Source of the DNA: Pararhodobacter sp.
Lineage (GTDB): Bacteria; Pseudomonadota; Alphaproteobacteria; Rhodobacterales; Rhodobacteraceae
Assembly (NCBI GenBank): GCA_020832665.1
Contig: JAFIEG010000013.1
Span: 414-64,413 of the forward strand
Reading direction: 5' to 3'
DNA: 64,000 nucleotides
Numbering within the stretch: the stretch's first letter is position 1; each line of letters begins with the position of its first letter. This document shows, in pieces, positions 7,849 through 16,031 of this stretch. Both the position numbers and the translations under genes were made by a program. The notes beneath the pieces were generated by a model. That model was not told the DNA's origin. It was given only the letters and a program-made list of their open reading frames with translations, and did no database searches.

Positions 7849-7998
7849 GTTTGCGTTGCCGTGCGTTTCTGTTTCATGATCGGTTAATCTCGGGAAAGAA
7901 ATCGTTAACCAATCGGGGTTATCAAGGGATTAAGCGCTAGGCCGCAAGCATTCAACCGGGAAGGCGAGAACGCGGCACATAACGAGGTAATATTTGCC

Positions 7999-9441
7999 AT
8001 GTCGGGCAGGATTCTGGTCGTCGATGATCTCGCCACCAATCGGGCGTTGCTCAAGGTCAAGCTTCGGGCGGCCTTTCACGAATGCCTTCAGGCCGCCGAC
8101 GGCCCCTCGGCGCTGGAGATCGCGCGCCGTGAACGCCCGGCGCTGATCCTGCTCGATGTCATGTTGCCAGGCATGTCGGGGATCGAGGTCTGCCGCCGGC
8201 TGCGCAACGATCCGCAGACCCGCGACATTCCCGTGGTCATGATCACCGCCTCGGGCGATCGCGAAAGGCGGTTGCAGGCACTGGCGGCCGGGGCAGACGA
8301 CTTTCTGACCAAGCCGCTCAACGATGTCATCCTGCGGGCGCGTATCCGCAGCCTGCTGCGCGCCCGCGAGGCCGAGTATGAGCTGCGACTTCGCGCCGAC
8401 ACCTTTCAGGCGCTGGGCTTTGGCGACATGCCGGCCGAGTTCGAGCCGCCGGGGCGGATTGGGCTGATCGCGGGCGATACGGCCAGGGCAGCGGCCTGGC
8501 GCGCAATGCTGGCGCCGCATCTGAAGGACAGCATCGAGGTGCTGAGCCCGGCGGCGGCGCTGTCCGGTAGCCACGGTGGCAGCGTGCCGGACCTTTACAT
8601 GGTGGCCGCCGACATGGGGGCGCATGGCTCGGGGCTCAGGCTGGTGGCCGATCTGCGCTCGCGCCTGCAAAGCCGGCACAGCGCCATCGTGCTCGTGCTC
8701 GACGATCCGGCATGCGAGACGGCCGCGAACGCGCTCGACATGGGGGCAAGCGATCTGCTGACTCTGCCTTTCGATGCGCAGGAAACCGCCCTCAGGCTGG
8801 GCTTGCAGATCAGGCGCAAGCGCCGCGCCGATCGCCTGCGCGAGGCGCTGCAGAACGGGTTGGAAATGGCGCTGATCGACCCGCTGACCGGGCTTCACAA
8901 CCGCCGCTACGCGCTTTCGCGGCTCAAGCGCATTGCCGCGCGCAGCCAGGAAAACGCAAGCGTTTATGCGGTCATGCTGCTCGATCTCGACCGTTTCAAG
9001 GCCATCAACGACATGCACGGCCACGCCGCCGGCGATGCCGTTCTGCAAGCCGTTGCCCGGCGGCTGCGCGCCTGCCTGCGACCGGCCGATCTTCTGGCGC
9101 GCATCGGCGGCGAGGAATTTCTGGTGGCGATCCCCGATTGCTCGCTGGAAATGGCGCGCGGCGTGGCCGAGCGGCTGCGCAATGTCGTCGGCTGCGAGCC
9201 GGTCACCCTGCCCGGGGGCGATAGCACGGTGTCGGTGACGATTTCGGCGGGGCTGGCCATGGGGGCGGTTCGCCCGATGGGCGAAGTCGTGCCGGCACCG
9301 GTGCGGGGGGCATTTTGCCAGCTCGATACCGAGCTTCCCGGCGCATCGGCGCAGGCGGTTCTTGCCAGCGCCGATGCCGCGCTGCTGGCAGCAAAGACCG
9401 AGGGGCGCAATCAGGTCAATGTTTCCGCCAGCGCTGCCTGA
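7999..9441 (+). CDS. pleD: Response regulator diguanylate cyclase, REC-REC-GGDEF (PleD-like)
   Basis: REC1 has ..ILLDVMLPGMSG.. and ..KPL... A second degenerate receiver follows. The GGEEF active site has an RxxD I-site (RPADLLARIGGEEF). Confidence 0.85.
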   Translation: MSGRILVVDDLATNRALLKVKLRAAFHECLQAADGPSALEIARRERPALILLDVMLPGMSGIEVCRRLRNDPQTRDIPVVMITASGDRERRLQALAAGADDFLTKPLNDVILRARIRSLLRAREAEYELRLRADTFQALGFGDMPAEFEPPGRIGLIAGDTARAAAWRAMLAPHLKDSIEVLSPAAALSGSHGGSVPDLYMVAADMGAHGSGLRLVADLRSRLQSRHSAIVLVLDDPACETAANALDMGASDLLTLPFDAQETALRLGLQIRRKRRADRLREALQNGLEMALIDPLTGLHNRRYALSRLKRIAARSQENASVYAVMLLDLDRFKAINDMHGHAAGDAVLQAVARRLRACLRPADLLARIGGEEFLVAIPDCSLEMARGVAERLRNVVGCEPVTLPGGDSTVSVTISAGLAMGAVRPMGEVVPAPVRGAFCQLDTELPGASAQAVLASADAALLAAKTEGRNQVNVSASAA

Positions 9442-9714
9442 TACCGCCTTCGGTTGAGCGCCCCGGCATGACGGGGTGATCTCCTTGCCGCCGGTGAGGG
9501 TGAAACGGGGATGACGGGGTTAACCCGCCCTACTGCCCCGGCGCTTTTCCGCAGGGCGGGGTTCACCCCGCCCTCGTGGTTCGCTCAAACAAGGGTGTAT
9601 CCCGGCCCGTTCCGGCCCCCCCCCCGGTGCAGCCCGAGGTGATCAGACGGATTTCGGATAATCGGTTTCGATACCCCGGTCTGCGGGCGTCATTCGCCCG
9701 CGATTCGCTTGCCA

Positions 9715-10920
9715 TCAGCCGGTCACGAACAACTCGCGCGGCAGGTCGCACAGGCATTGCGCGCCGTTTTCGGTGACGACGATGCTTTCGGTGATCTCGA
9801 TGCCGCCATCGTCGAGCCACAGCGCGGGCATGAAGTGAAACACCATGCCAGGCTGCAGCACCGTTTTGTCGCCCCGGCGAAGCGACATGGTGCGCTCGCC
9901 CCAATCCGGCGGGTAGCTCAGCCCGATGGAATAGCCACAGCGGCTGTCCTTCTCGAAACCGTGCCTTTGCAGGGTGCCGTTGAAGCTGTTGGCGATATCC
10001 TCGCAGGAGTTGCCGGGGCGCGCCTGTTCGAGGGCGGCCTCGGTCGCAGCCTGCACCGCCGCTTCGGCACGGCGATACTTGGCCGGCGGCTCGCGGAAGA
10101 ACAGCGTGCGCGAAAGCGGGCAGTGATAGCGCCGGAAAACACCAGCGATCTCGAAGAAATGCGGCTCGTCGCGGTCCATCGGGCGGTCGTTCCAGGTCAG
10201 ATGCGGGGCGGTGGCATCGAGCCCCGAGGGCGTCATCGGCACGATCGCCGGATAATCGCCCCAATGCCCTTCGGTCCCCATCGCGCCGGCATGCAGGATC
10301 TCGGCCACCAGCGCATTCTTGGCCAACCCCGGCCGCGCCACATCGAGGATACGCTTGTGCATCGCCCCGACGATGCGCGCCGCGCGGCGCAGGCGCTCCA
10401 ACTCGGCGGGGGATTTCACCGCCCGGCACCAGTTGACCAGCCCGGTGGCGTCCACCGGCGGTTCCTGCAGCAACGCGCTCAGCACGGCATGGGCGCGAGC
10501 CGAGTAGTAGTAGTTGTCCATTTCCACGCCGACGCGCCCTTTTGCCCAGCCGCGGGCGCTAAGCAACAAGCCCAGGGTTTCCATCGGGTGCTTGTCTGGG
10601 TTCTGCACATAGATGTCGGGATAGCTCTCTATATGCGAAGGCTCCATCCACACGGTGCGCAGCGCGCCGGCGGCATCCATCTGCCGCCCCCACCAGACCG
10701 GCGGACCGTCGGGGCCGATCACCACCGCCTGATGCACATAGAATGACCAGCCGTCATAGCCGCTGGCCCAGGCCTTGTTGGACGGGTCCGAAATGACCAG
10801 CACATCGATTCCGGCGACTTCCATGGCGGTACGGATGCGATCAAGCCTTGCGGCGTATTCGCCGGCTGAGAAATCGGCCACATCGAAATCAATATTCGCC
10901 AATTCCATGGGGTGCTCCAT
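9715..10920 (-). CDS. M24-family metallopeptidase (creatinase / Xaa-Pro peptidase / ectoine-hydrolase-like)
   Basis: The ORF track gives 9715..11337. The sensible protein begins at ATG 10920 (MEHPMELANIDFD..) with a creatinase-type N-domain (..IDVLVISDPSN..) and a pita-bread C-domain. The upstream 139 codons are Arg/Cys/Trp-rich nonsense. Confidence 0.75.
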   Translation of the reverse strand: MEHPMELANIDFDVADFSAGEYAARLDRIRTAMEVAGIDVLVISDPSNKAWASGYDGWSFYVHQAVVIGPDGPPVWWGRQMDAAGALRTVWMEPSHIESYPDIYVQNPDKHPMETLGLLLSARGWAKGRVGVEMDNYYYSARAHAVLSALLQEPPVDATGLVNWCRAVKSPAELERLRRAARIVGAMHKRILDVARPGLAKNALVAEILHAGAMGTEGHWGDYPAIVPMTPSGLDATAPHLTWNDRPMDRDEPHFFEIAGVFRRYHCPLSRTLFFREPPAKYRRAEAAVQAATEAALEQARPGNSCEDIANSFNGTLQRHGFEKDSRCGYSIGLSYPPDWGERTMSLRRGDKTVLQPGMVFHFMPALWLDDGGIEITESIVVTENGAQCLCDLPRELFVTG

Positions 10921-11197
10921 CTGCAACGGATTGCTGGTCAGCCTGCCGCGCGGTAAGGCCTTTCGCCTTCCGGCTGCATGGGGCAGCCTAGCCACCGAAT
11001 CAGGGGGTTGGCTGCTCTGCTTGCGACATCGGGTAGCAGTGGCGCGACACCTAGACGCAGTGTCATACCGTCGCCGGGTGTTTTCATGGGCCGCGGCGCT
11101 TGTATCGAGGTGCCGCCAGCACCTCGCCAACCGCAGGAATGGCAATGGTGCCCATCCTGCCGGTTTGGCACGCGTGAAGCGATCAACCGGCCCGGTG

Positions 11198-12331
11198 TCA
11201 GTCTTTCCGATCGCGCATTTCCGAGGGGGCGGCAAGGCCCAACTGGTGCATATTGGCGACGAGATCATCGCGCAGGATATGGTCGAGATGCGCCGCGCCG
11301 GTCTCGCCCAGCGCGGCCAGCGCCACATGCCATGCACGCCCGAGCATCACGAAATCGGCCCCGCGCGCGATGAGGCGCAGCATGTCGAGCCCACCTTCGA
11401 CGCCGCCATCGGCGATCAGCGGCAGTGCCGGTACTGCCGTGCGGATCGTCGGCAGCACCTCGGCCACTGAAGGGCAACCGTCGAACTGGCGCCCGGTATG
11501 GTTCGATACCCAGACCGCATCCACCCCTTCGGCCTGCGCTCGCGTTGCGTCCTCGGGCCGCAGGATGCCCTTCAGCACAAGCGGGCCGTCCCACAGATCG
11601 CGCAGGGCCCCGACATAGCCCCAGTCCGGGTTGACGCGCAGAAGATAACCGGCATGGGCGGTCGAGGGGGCGTCCTTGTCAATGCGCAGATATCCATCCA
11701 TCAGCCGCAGCCGCGGCATGCCGTGGCGCAGCGTACCCAGGGCCCAGCGCGGACGGGTGGCGGTCTGCCAGATCATGCGCGGAGTCTTTTTCGGCGGGAT
11801 CGCCAGATCGGCGCGGCGCTGCCTTTCACGCCGCGAGGGGCCGGGGACATCGACGGTCAGCACCAGCACGCGAAAGCCCGCCGCGCGTGCCCGGCGCAGG
11901 ATATCAGCACGGATCTCCGGATCGGCGGGCGGGTAAAGCTGAAACCAGCCCATATCGCCGCAAATGGGGCCGATCTCCTCGGGCTCGCGCGTGGCGACGG
12001 TGGAAAGGCAATAGGGAATGCGCCGGCTCGCCGCCAGCCGCGCCAGCGAGGCCTCGGCCCCGGGCCAGATCAGCCCCGACATGCCGACCGGCGCGATGCC
12101 GTATGGGGCGCTGTACGCCTGCCCCAGAAGCGTGGTCCCAAGCCCCGGCGACAGCGGGCCGGCGAGTACGCGCGGCGTGAGCCGAATGGCATCAAGCGCG
12201 GCGCGGTTCAGCCCTTTCACCGATTCCGAGCCGGTGGCGCTGTCGAGATACTCCCAGACGAAATGCGGCAGGCGCCGGCGCGCCCGCGCGCGCAGATCGC
12301 AAAGGGCGGGATAGCGCAGGTCAGGATCCAT
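11198..12331 (-). CDS. FMN-dependent alpha-hydroxy-acid dehydrogenase/oxidase (LldD-like)
   Basis: ..LRARARRRLPHFVWEYLDSATG.., ..VSNHTGRQFDG.., ..IADGGVEGGLD.. are typical of the L-lactate/glycolate oxidase family. Start chosen at ATG 12331 (MDPDLRYPAL..). Confidence 0.8.
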   Translation of the reverse strand: MDPDLRYPALCDLRARARRRLPHFVWEYLDSATGSESVKGLNRAALDAIRLTPRVLAGPLSPGLGTTLLGQAYSAPYGIAPVGMSGLIWPGAEASLARLAASRRIPYCLSTVATREPEEIGPICGDMGWFQLYPPADPEIRADILRRARAAGFRVLVLTVDVPGPSRRERQRRADLAIPPKKTPRMIWQTATRPRWALGTLRHGMPRLRLMDGYLRIDKDAPSTAHAGYLLRVNPDWGYVGALRDLWDGPLVLKGILRPEDATRAQAEGVDAVWVSNHTGRQFDGCPSVAEVLPTIRTAVPALPLIADGGVEGGLDMLRLIARGADFVMLGRAWHVALAALGETGAAHLDHILRDDLVANMHQLGLAAPSEMRDRKD

Positions 12332-12348
12332 CTCTTTCCCCGCGGCCA
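12291..12348 (-). repeat. Copy 1 of a ~57-bp direct repeat (authentic 5' end and RBS region of the LldD-like gene)
   Basis: CGCAGATCGCAAAGGGCGGGATAGCGCAGGTCAGGATCCATCTCTTTCCCCGCGGCC, compared with 12932-12989. Confidence 0.8.
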
Positions 12349-12408
12349 GTGCCCGGCGCGACGGCAGCGCCGCCGGCCCGCCCGCCACGCGACGCTGCCG
12401 CCGCGCCT

Positions 12409-12831
12409 TCAGTCCATCTGCGCAGCGCCGGTGTCATCGTAGAGCTGAACCAATTCGCAGAGCATGAGCCATTCACGCCCCGACAGATCGCAAAGCAGCT
12501 CGGCAACGCTTTCGGCCAGTTCACGGCTTGGCAGACCGCAGACGACCTCATGCCAGTGCGGCCCTTCCTGGTGCATCACGAACAGATCGATCGACCAGCC
12601 TGCGGGCTGGCACCAGTTGGTGACGATGCAGTCCTCGGCTTCGGCGGTATGCGTGCATTGCGCAATCGCCGCGGCGATTGCCACATCGGGTGTGGTGCCG
12701 GTGGCCACCCCGCCCCCGGCCTCGGGCGCCTGCACGAAGGCAATGCCGAGCATCCCCTCGGCATGGGCCGGCGCCGGGCCAGGCGCGCACAGCAATGCAA
12801 GGGCCATGGCTGGCCATGATCTGTCGGGCAT
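12409..12831 (-). CDS. Secreted Cys-containing hypothetical protein
   Basis: 140 aa. Signal peptide MPDRSWPAMALALLCAPGPAPAHA, several Cys in the mature part, reasonable coding character. Lies between the two copies of the 57-bp repeat. Confidence 0.5.
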   Translation of the reverse strand: MPDRSWPAMALALLCAPGPAPAHAEGMLGIAFVQAPEAGGGVATGTTPDVAIAAAIAQCTHTAEAEDCIVTNWCQPAGWSIDLFVMHQEGPHWHEVVCGLPSRELAESVAELLCDLSGREWLMLCELVQLYDDTGAAQMD

Positions 12832-12931
12832 GGCGACCTCTCAATCGAAAGCCGGCGAGCATATGCCCGCCGCGCTTGCGCAGTATTTCCGGCCGGAGGT
12901 GCCGAGGCAAGGCCCCGTGTGCCGCTACGCA

Positions 12932-12989
12932 CGCAGATCGCAAAGGGCGGGGTAGCGCAGGTCAGTTCCATCGCCTCCCCCGCGGGCCC
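12932..12989 (-). repeat. Copy 2 of the ~57-bp direct repeat (pseudo 5' end of the LldD-like gene)
   Basis: CGCAGATCGCAAAGGGCGGGGTAGCGCAGGTCAGTTCCATCGCCTCCCCCGCGGGCC. It still encodes ..DLRYPALCDLRA followed by a stop, and has a 1-nt indel after the ATG. Confidence 0.8.
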
Positions 12990-13097
12990 GGGGCGGCACG
13001 GCGGCGCCATCGCAAGGCGGGCGTCCCGGCGCCCGCCGGGTTGGGTGGGCGGGTGACGGCGCCGCCGTGCCTGTGCCGGGGGCAGGTAGTGCACGGC

Positions 13098-13982
13098 TCA
13101 GGGCCACTTCGCCATCGGCGGCAGGCTCATCAGCACCGCATCGGCATTGTGCCCGGTGGCCAGGCCGAATTTCGTGCCCCGGTCATAGACCAGGTTATAT
13201 TCGGCATAGAGCCCGCGATGGGTGAGCTGCACCTCCTTCTCGGCCTCGCTCCAGCCTTGCTCGCGCCGGCGCTCGGCCAGCGGCTGGAAGGCCGGCAGGA
13301 AAGCCTCGCCCACGGCTCGGGTGAAGGCGAAATCGGCCTCCCAGTCGCCCGAGTTGAGATCGTCGTAGAAGATGCCGCCGACGCCGCGCGCCCGGCCGCG
13401 ATGGGGGATGAAGAAATACTCGTCCGCCCAGGCCCGGAAGCGCGTATAGTAGTCGCCGGCATGTGCGTCGCAGGCCTTTTTCAACTCGGCGTGGAAATGC
13501 GCCGTGTCCTCGGCGTATTCGATGCAGGGGTTGAGATCGGCGCCGCCGCCGAACCACCAGGCATGCGGGGTCCAGAACATGCGGGTGTTCATGTGCACCG
13601 CCGGGCAATGCGGGTTTTGCATATGCGCCACCAGGCTGATGCCCGAGGCCCAGAAGCGCGGGTCGTCTTCCATGCCGGGCACGCCGCGTGCGGCCATCGC
13701 GGCCTGCGCCTGCGCGCCCAGCTCGCCAAAGACGGTCGAGACATTCACGCCCACCTTTTCGAACACCCGCCCGCCGCGCATGACGCTCATCAGCCCGCCG
13801 CCGCCGCTGCCGCCCTCGCGCTCGGTCGGCGTTACCTCGAAGCGCCCCGGCGGCATGTCGCAAAGCGGGCCGGCGAGATGGCCGTCTTCGAGCATCTCGA
13901 AGGCGGTGACGATACGATCGCGCAGGCTGCGAAACCAGGTGCTTGCGCGTTGCTTGCGGGCGTCGAAACCGGTGTCGTTCAT
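13098..13982 (-). CDS. hemF: Oxygen-dependent coproporphyrinogen III oxidase
   Basis: 294 aa. ..GGGGLMSVMRGGRVFEKVGVNVS.., ..WFGGGADLNP.., ..HRGLYAEYNLVYDRGTKFGL.. are HemF signatures. Confidence 0.9.
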   Translation of the reverse strand: MNDTGFDARKQRASTWFRSLRDRIVTAFEMLEDGHLAGPLCDMPPGRFEVTPTEREGGSGGGGLMSVMRGGRVFEKVGVNVSTVFGELGAQAQAAMAARGVPGMEDDPRFWASGISLVAHMQNPHCPAVHMNTRMFWTPHAWWFGGGADLNPCIEYAEDTAHFHAELKKACDAHAGDYYTRFRAWADEYFFIPHRGRARGVGGIFYDDLNSGDWEADFAFTRAVGEAFLPAFQPLAERRREQGWSEAEKEVQLTHRGLYAEYNLVYDRGTKFGLATGHNADAVLMSLPPMAKWP

Positions 13983-14017
13983 GTCGGTGCCTTGGTGATT
14001 TGAAAAAGCGTACTAGA

Positions 14018-14065
14018 GCATGTCGCGAAAAAGTGGAAACCGGTTCTTCGCTTCCCGGACATGCG
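14018..14065 (+). repeat. 48-nt intergenic repeat (family C) with AACCGGTT core
   Basis: GCATGTCGCGAAAAAGTGGAAACCGGTTCTTCGCTTCCCGGACATGCG. 40/48 identical to the reverse complement of 4293-4340. Terminal GCATGTC/GACATGC arms can pair. Confidence 0.65.
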
Positions 14066-14077
14066 GAAACAGACGAT

Positions 14078-14119
14078 TATGGCGTGTCGGGCGAATTCGA
14101 ACGAGCGCGACACGCCATA
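14078..14119 (-). terminator. Perfect 12-bp inverted repeat (TATGGCGTGTCG N18 CGACACGCCATA) 27 nt downstream of the pth stop; candidate terminator or protein-binding site
   Basis: Arms at 14078-14089 and 14108-14119 are exact complements. No clear U-tract, so the terminator role is tentative. Confidence 0.3.
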
Positions 14120-14145
14120 GCGCGTGCGGGCCGGGTGCGAAAGCC

Positions 14146-14967
14146 TCAGCCGCGCCGGAAGCGATCCACCAGGCGTTGCAGCGCGCCGCGCGGGTCGCCG
14201 CCCGCTTGTGCCGGCGGCGGGGTATGTGCCCGGGCGCTGCCGGGCTCGGCGTTGTCGGGCGGGTCGGTTGTGGCGTTGCTGGCGGGGTGGTGCGTCCCGC
14301 CCTTTTCCTGCGCCCCCGCCCCCGTCGCCTGCTGCCCGGTGCCGGAACGCGTTTCGGGGCGCTTCTCGGGGCGCTTTTCGGGGCGCGCAGCATTGCGCGC
14401 CGGCGCCATGCGCGTAGCGATGGCGTTGAGAAACCGCGCGCCGTCGCCCGCGGCCAGCGCCGGGGCGCCCTCGCTGATGCCGCGCATCAGCTCGTCCAGC
14501 CAGTCGGCATCGGCGCGGGCAAAATCGTGCAGCACCCAGGCAGAGACCAGTTCCTTGCGCCCCGGATGGCCGATGCCCAGCCGCACCCGCGCGAATTCGG
14601 CGCCCAGATGCGCGGTGATCGAGCGCAGCCCGTTATGCCCGGCATGGCCGCCGCCCTGCTTAAGCCGGCATTTGCCCGGTGCGAGGTCGAGCTCGTCATG
14701 GAACACCGTCACATCTTCGGCGCCGAGCTTGAAGAAGCGCGCCGCCTCGCCCACCGACTGGCCCGAGCGGTTCATGTAGGTCTGCGGCTTGAGCAGCATC
14801 ACCTTCGTGCTGCCCAGCCTGCCTTCGGCCACCAGCCCCTGAAAGCGCGCGCGCCAGGGCGCGAAGCCGTGATCGGCGGCAATGCGATCGATCGCCAGGA
14901 AGCCGATATTGTGGCGATGGCCGGCATATTGCCGGCCCGGATTGCCCAGCCCCACCCAGAGTTTCAT
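14146..14967 (-). CDS. pth: Peptidyl-tRNA hydrolase with long low-complexity C-terminal tail
   Basis: MKLWVGLGNPGRQYAGHRHNIGF.., ..HDELDL.., ..GGHAGHNGLRS... Start at ATG 14967, inside ORF 14146..15075. Confidence 0.9.
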   Translation of the reverse strand: MKLWVGLGNPGRQYAGHRHNIGFLAIDRIAADHGFAPWRARFQGLVAEGRLGSTKVMLLKPQTYMNRSGQSVGEAARFFKLGAEDVTVFHDELDLAPGKCRLKQGGGHAGHNGLRSITAHLGAEFARVRLGIGHPGRKELVSAWVLHDFARADADWLDELMRGISEGAPALAAGDGARFLNAIATRMAPARNAARPEKRPEKRPETRSGTGQQATGAGAQEKGGTHHPASNATTDPPDNAEPGSARAHTPPPAQAGGDPRGALQRLVDRFRRG

Positions 14968-15061
14968 GCCTGCCTGCTTCCTCGTTCGTCCCTGTTCTTG
15001 CGTCGCCGCGACCGCCCTTGCTGCACGCAACTTCGGCCGCAGCGCCGGGCCGGAGCCGGCG

Positions 15062-15125
15062 CGGCGGGGGGTCACACCCCTGCACCCCCGTGGCGTATTT
15101 CAGGGCAAGATGAAGAGGGTAGCGG
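15062..15125 (-). repeat. Family B intergenic element (CTTCATCTTGCC box plus G/C hairpin), degenerate copy
   Basis: The reverse complement reads CCTCTTCATCTTGCCCTGAAATACGCCACGGGGGTGCAGGGGTGTGACCCCCC. Lies between rplY and pth. Confidence 0.65.
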
Positions 15126-15236
15126 CGCGCTCAGTCTATACGCTGTCGCCATCAGGGAAAAGGCGGCATGAAAAGGCCCCGCCCTTTGCGGGGCGGGGCC
15201 GGGCGGTCGCGTATCGAGCGCGCCGGGCGGGGCCGA

Positions 15237-15863
15237 TCAGGCCTCGTCGACCTCCACTTCTTCTTCCTCGCTCTCATCAGCATCCGCCTGCAGCCCCTTG
15301 GGTGCGGCGATATTGGCGATGACAAAGTTTCGCGCAACGGTCGGTTTGGCGCCGGCGGGCAGTTCGATATCGCTAATGTGGATCACATCGCCGATCTGCT
15401 TGCCGCTCAGATCCACCGTGAGCTTCTCGGGGATATCGCCGGCGATGACGCTGAGTTCCACCTCGGGGCGCACCACGGTCAGGTTGCCGCCGCGCTTCAG
15501 CCCCGGAGCTGCGGCGTGGTTGGTGAACTCGACATTGATGAAGAGCTTGATGCGCGAGGTCCGGCGCAAGCGCATCAGGTCAACATGCGTGGGCAGGTCC
15601 CTGACCACGTCGCGCTGCACGCTGCGGCAGATGACGCGCACATCGTCCTCGCCCTCGACCTTGAGGTTCCACAGCCGCGACAGGAAGCGGCCCTCATGCA
15701 GCTTCTTGATCAGGTAGTTGTATTTCAGGTTGATGGCGAGCGGCTCTGCACCGCCACCATACACAACGCCAGGTACCTTGCCTTCGCGGCGAGCTTGACG
15801 GGCGGCCCCCTTGCCTGTCCCCGTGCGTACCTCGGCGATCAGATCAGGGATCTCACCAGCCAT
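15237..15863 (-). CDS. rplY: 50S ribosomal protein L25 / general stress protein Ctc
   Basis: 208 aa. ..[25 protein letters not shown].. and an acidic C-terminal tail are typical of Ctc-form L25. Conserved rplY-pth order. Confidence 0.9.
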   Translation of the reverse strand: MAGEIPDLIAEVRTGTGKGAARQARREGKVPGVVYGGGAEPLAINLKYNYLIKKLHEGRFLSRLWNLKVEGEDDVRVICRSVQRDVVRDLPTHVDLMRLRRTSRIKLFINVEFTNHAAAPGLKRGGNLTVVRPEVELSVIAGDIPEKLTVDLSGKQIGDVIHISDIELPAGAKPTVARNFVIANIAAPKGLQADADESEEEEVEVDEA

Positions 15864-16031
15864 ATCGGATACTCCAGTTTGAATGCGTCGGACATGCGCG
15901 CCTCCAAGGGTGGTTGCGCATGCGCGGGGGCCTTAGCCCGAATCGCGGGCGAAGGAAAGGGGAAACCGGGCGGGCTTGCCAGCAATATCGCGCCGTGCTT
16001 CCTTGCCGCTTCCGTGTTTCAGGAGCTTCGC

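Noticed and set aside
10921-11337. The N-terminal extension of the M24 peptidase ORF (to 11337), which overlaps the neighbouring dehydrogenase gene.
   Set aside because: The extension is Arg/Cys/Trp-rich and would overlap the 3' end of the LldD-like gene. The conserved creatinase-type N-domain starts at ATG 10920.
15109-15114. The conserved ATGAAG on the reverse strand of every family B element (GGCAAGATGAAG), considered as the start of a small ORF.
   Set aside because: The downstream frames differ between copies and run antisense into neighbouring genes. Conservation is confined to the nucleotide box, not to a peptide.
15168-16031. The N-terminal 288 codons of ORF 15168..17207.
   Set aside because: They are antisense to rplY and translate to non-membrane, Arg/Gly-rich sequence. 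The MFS protein begins downstream, at TTG 16032 after AGGAG or at ATG 16113.
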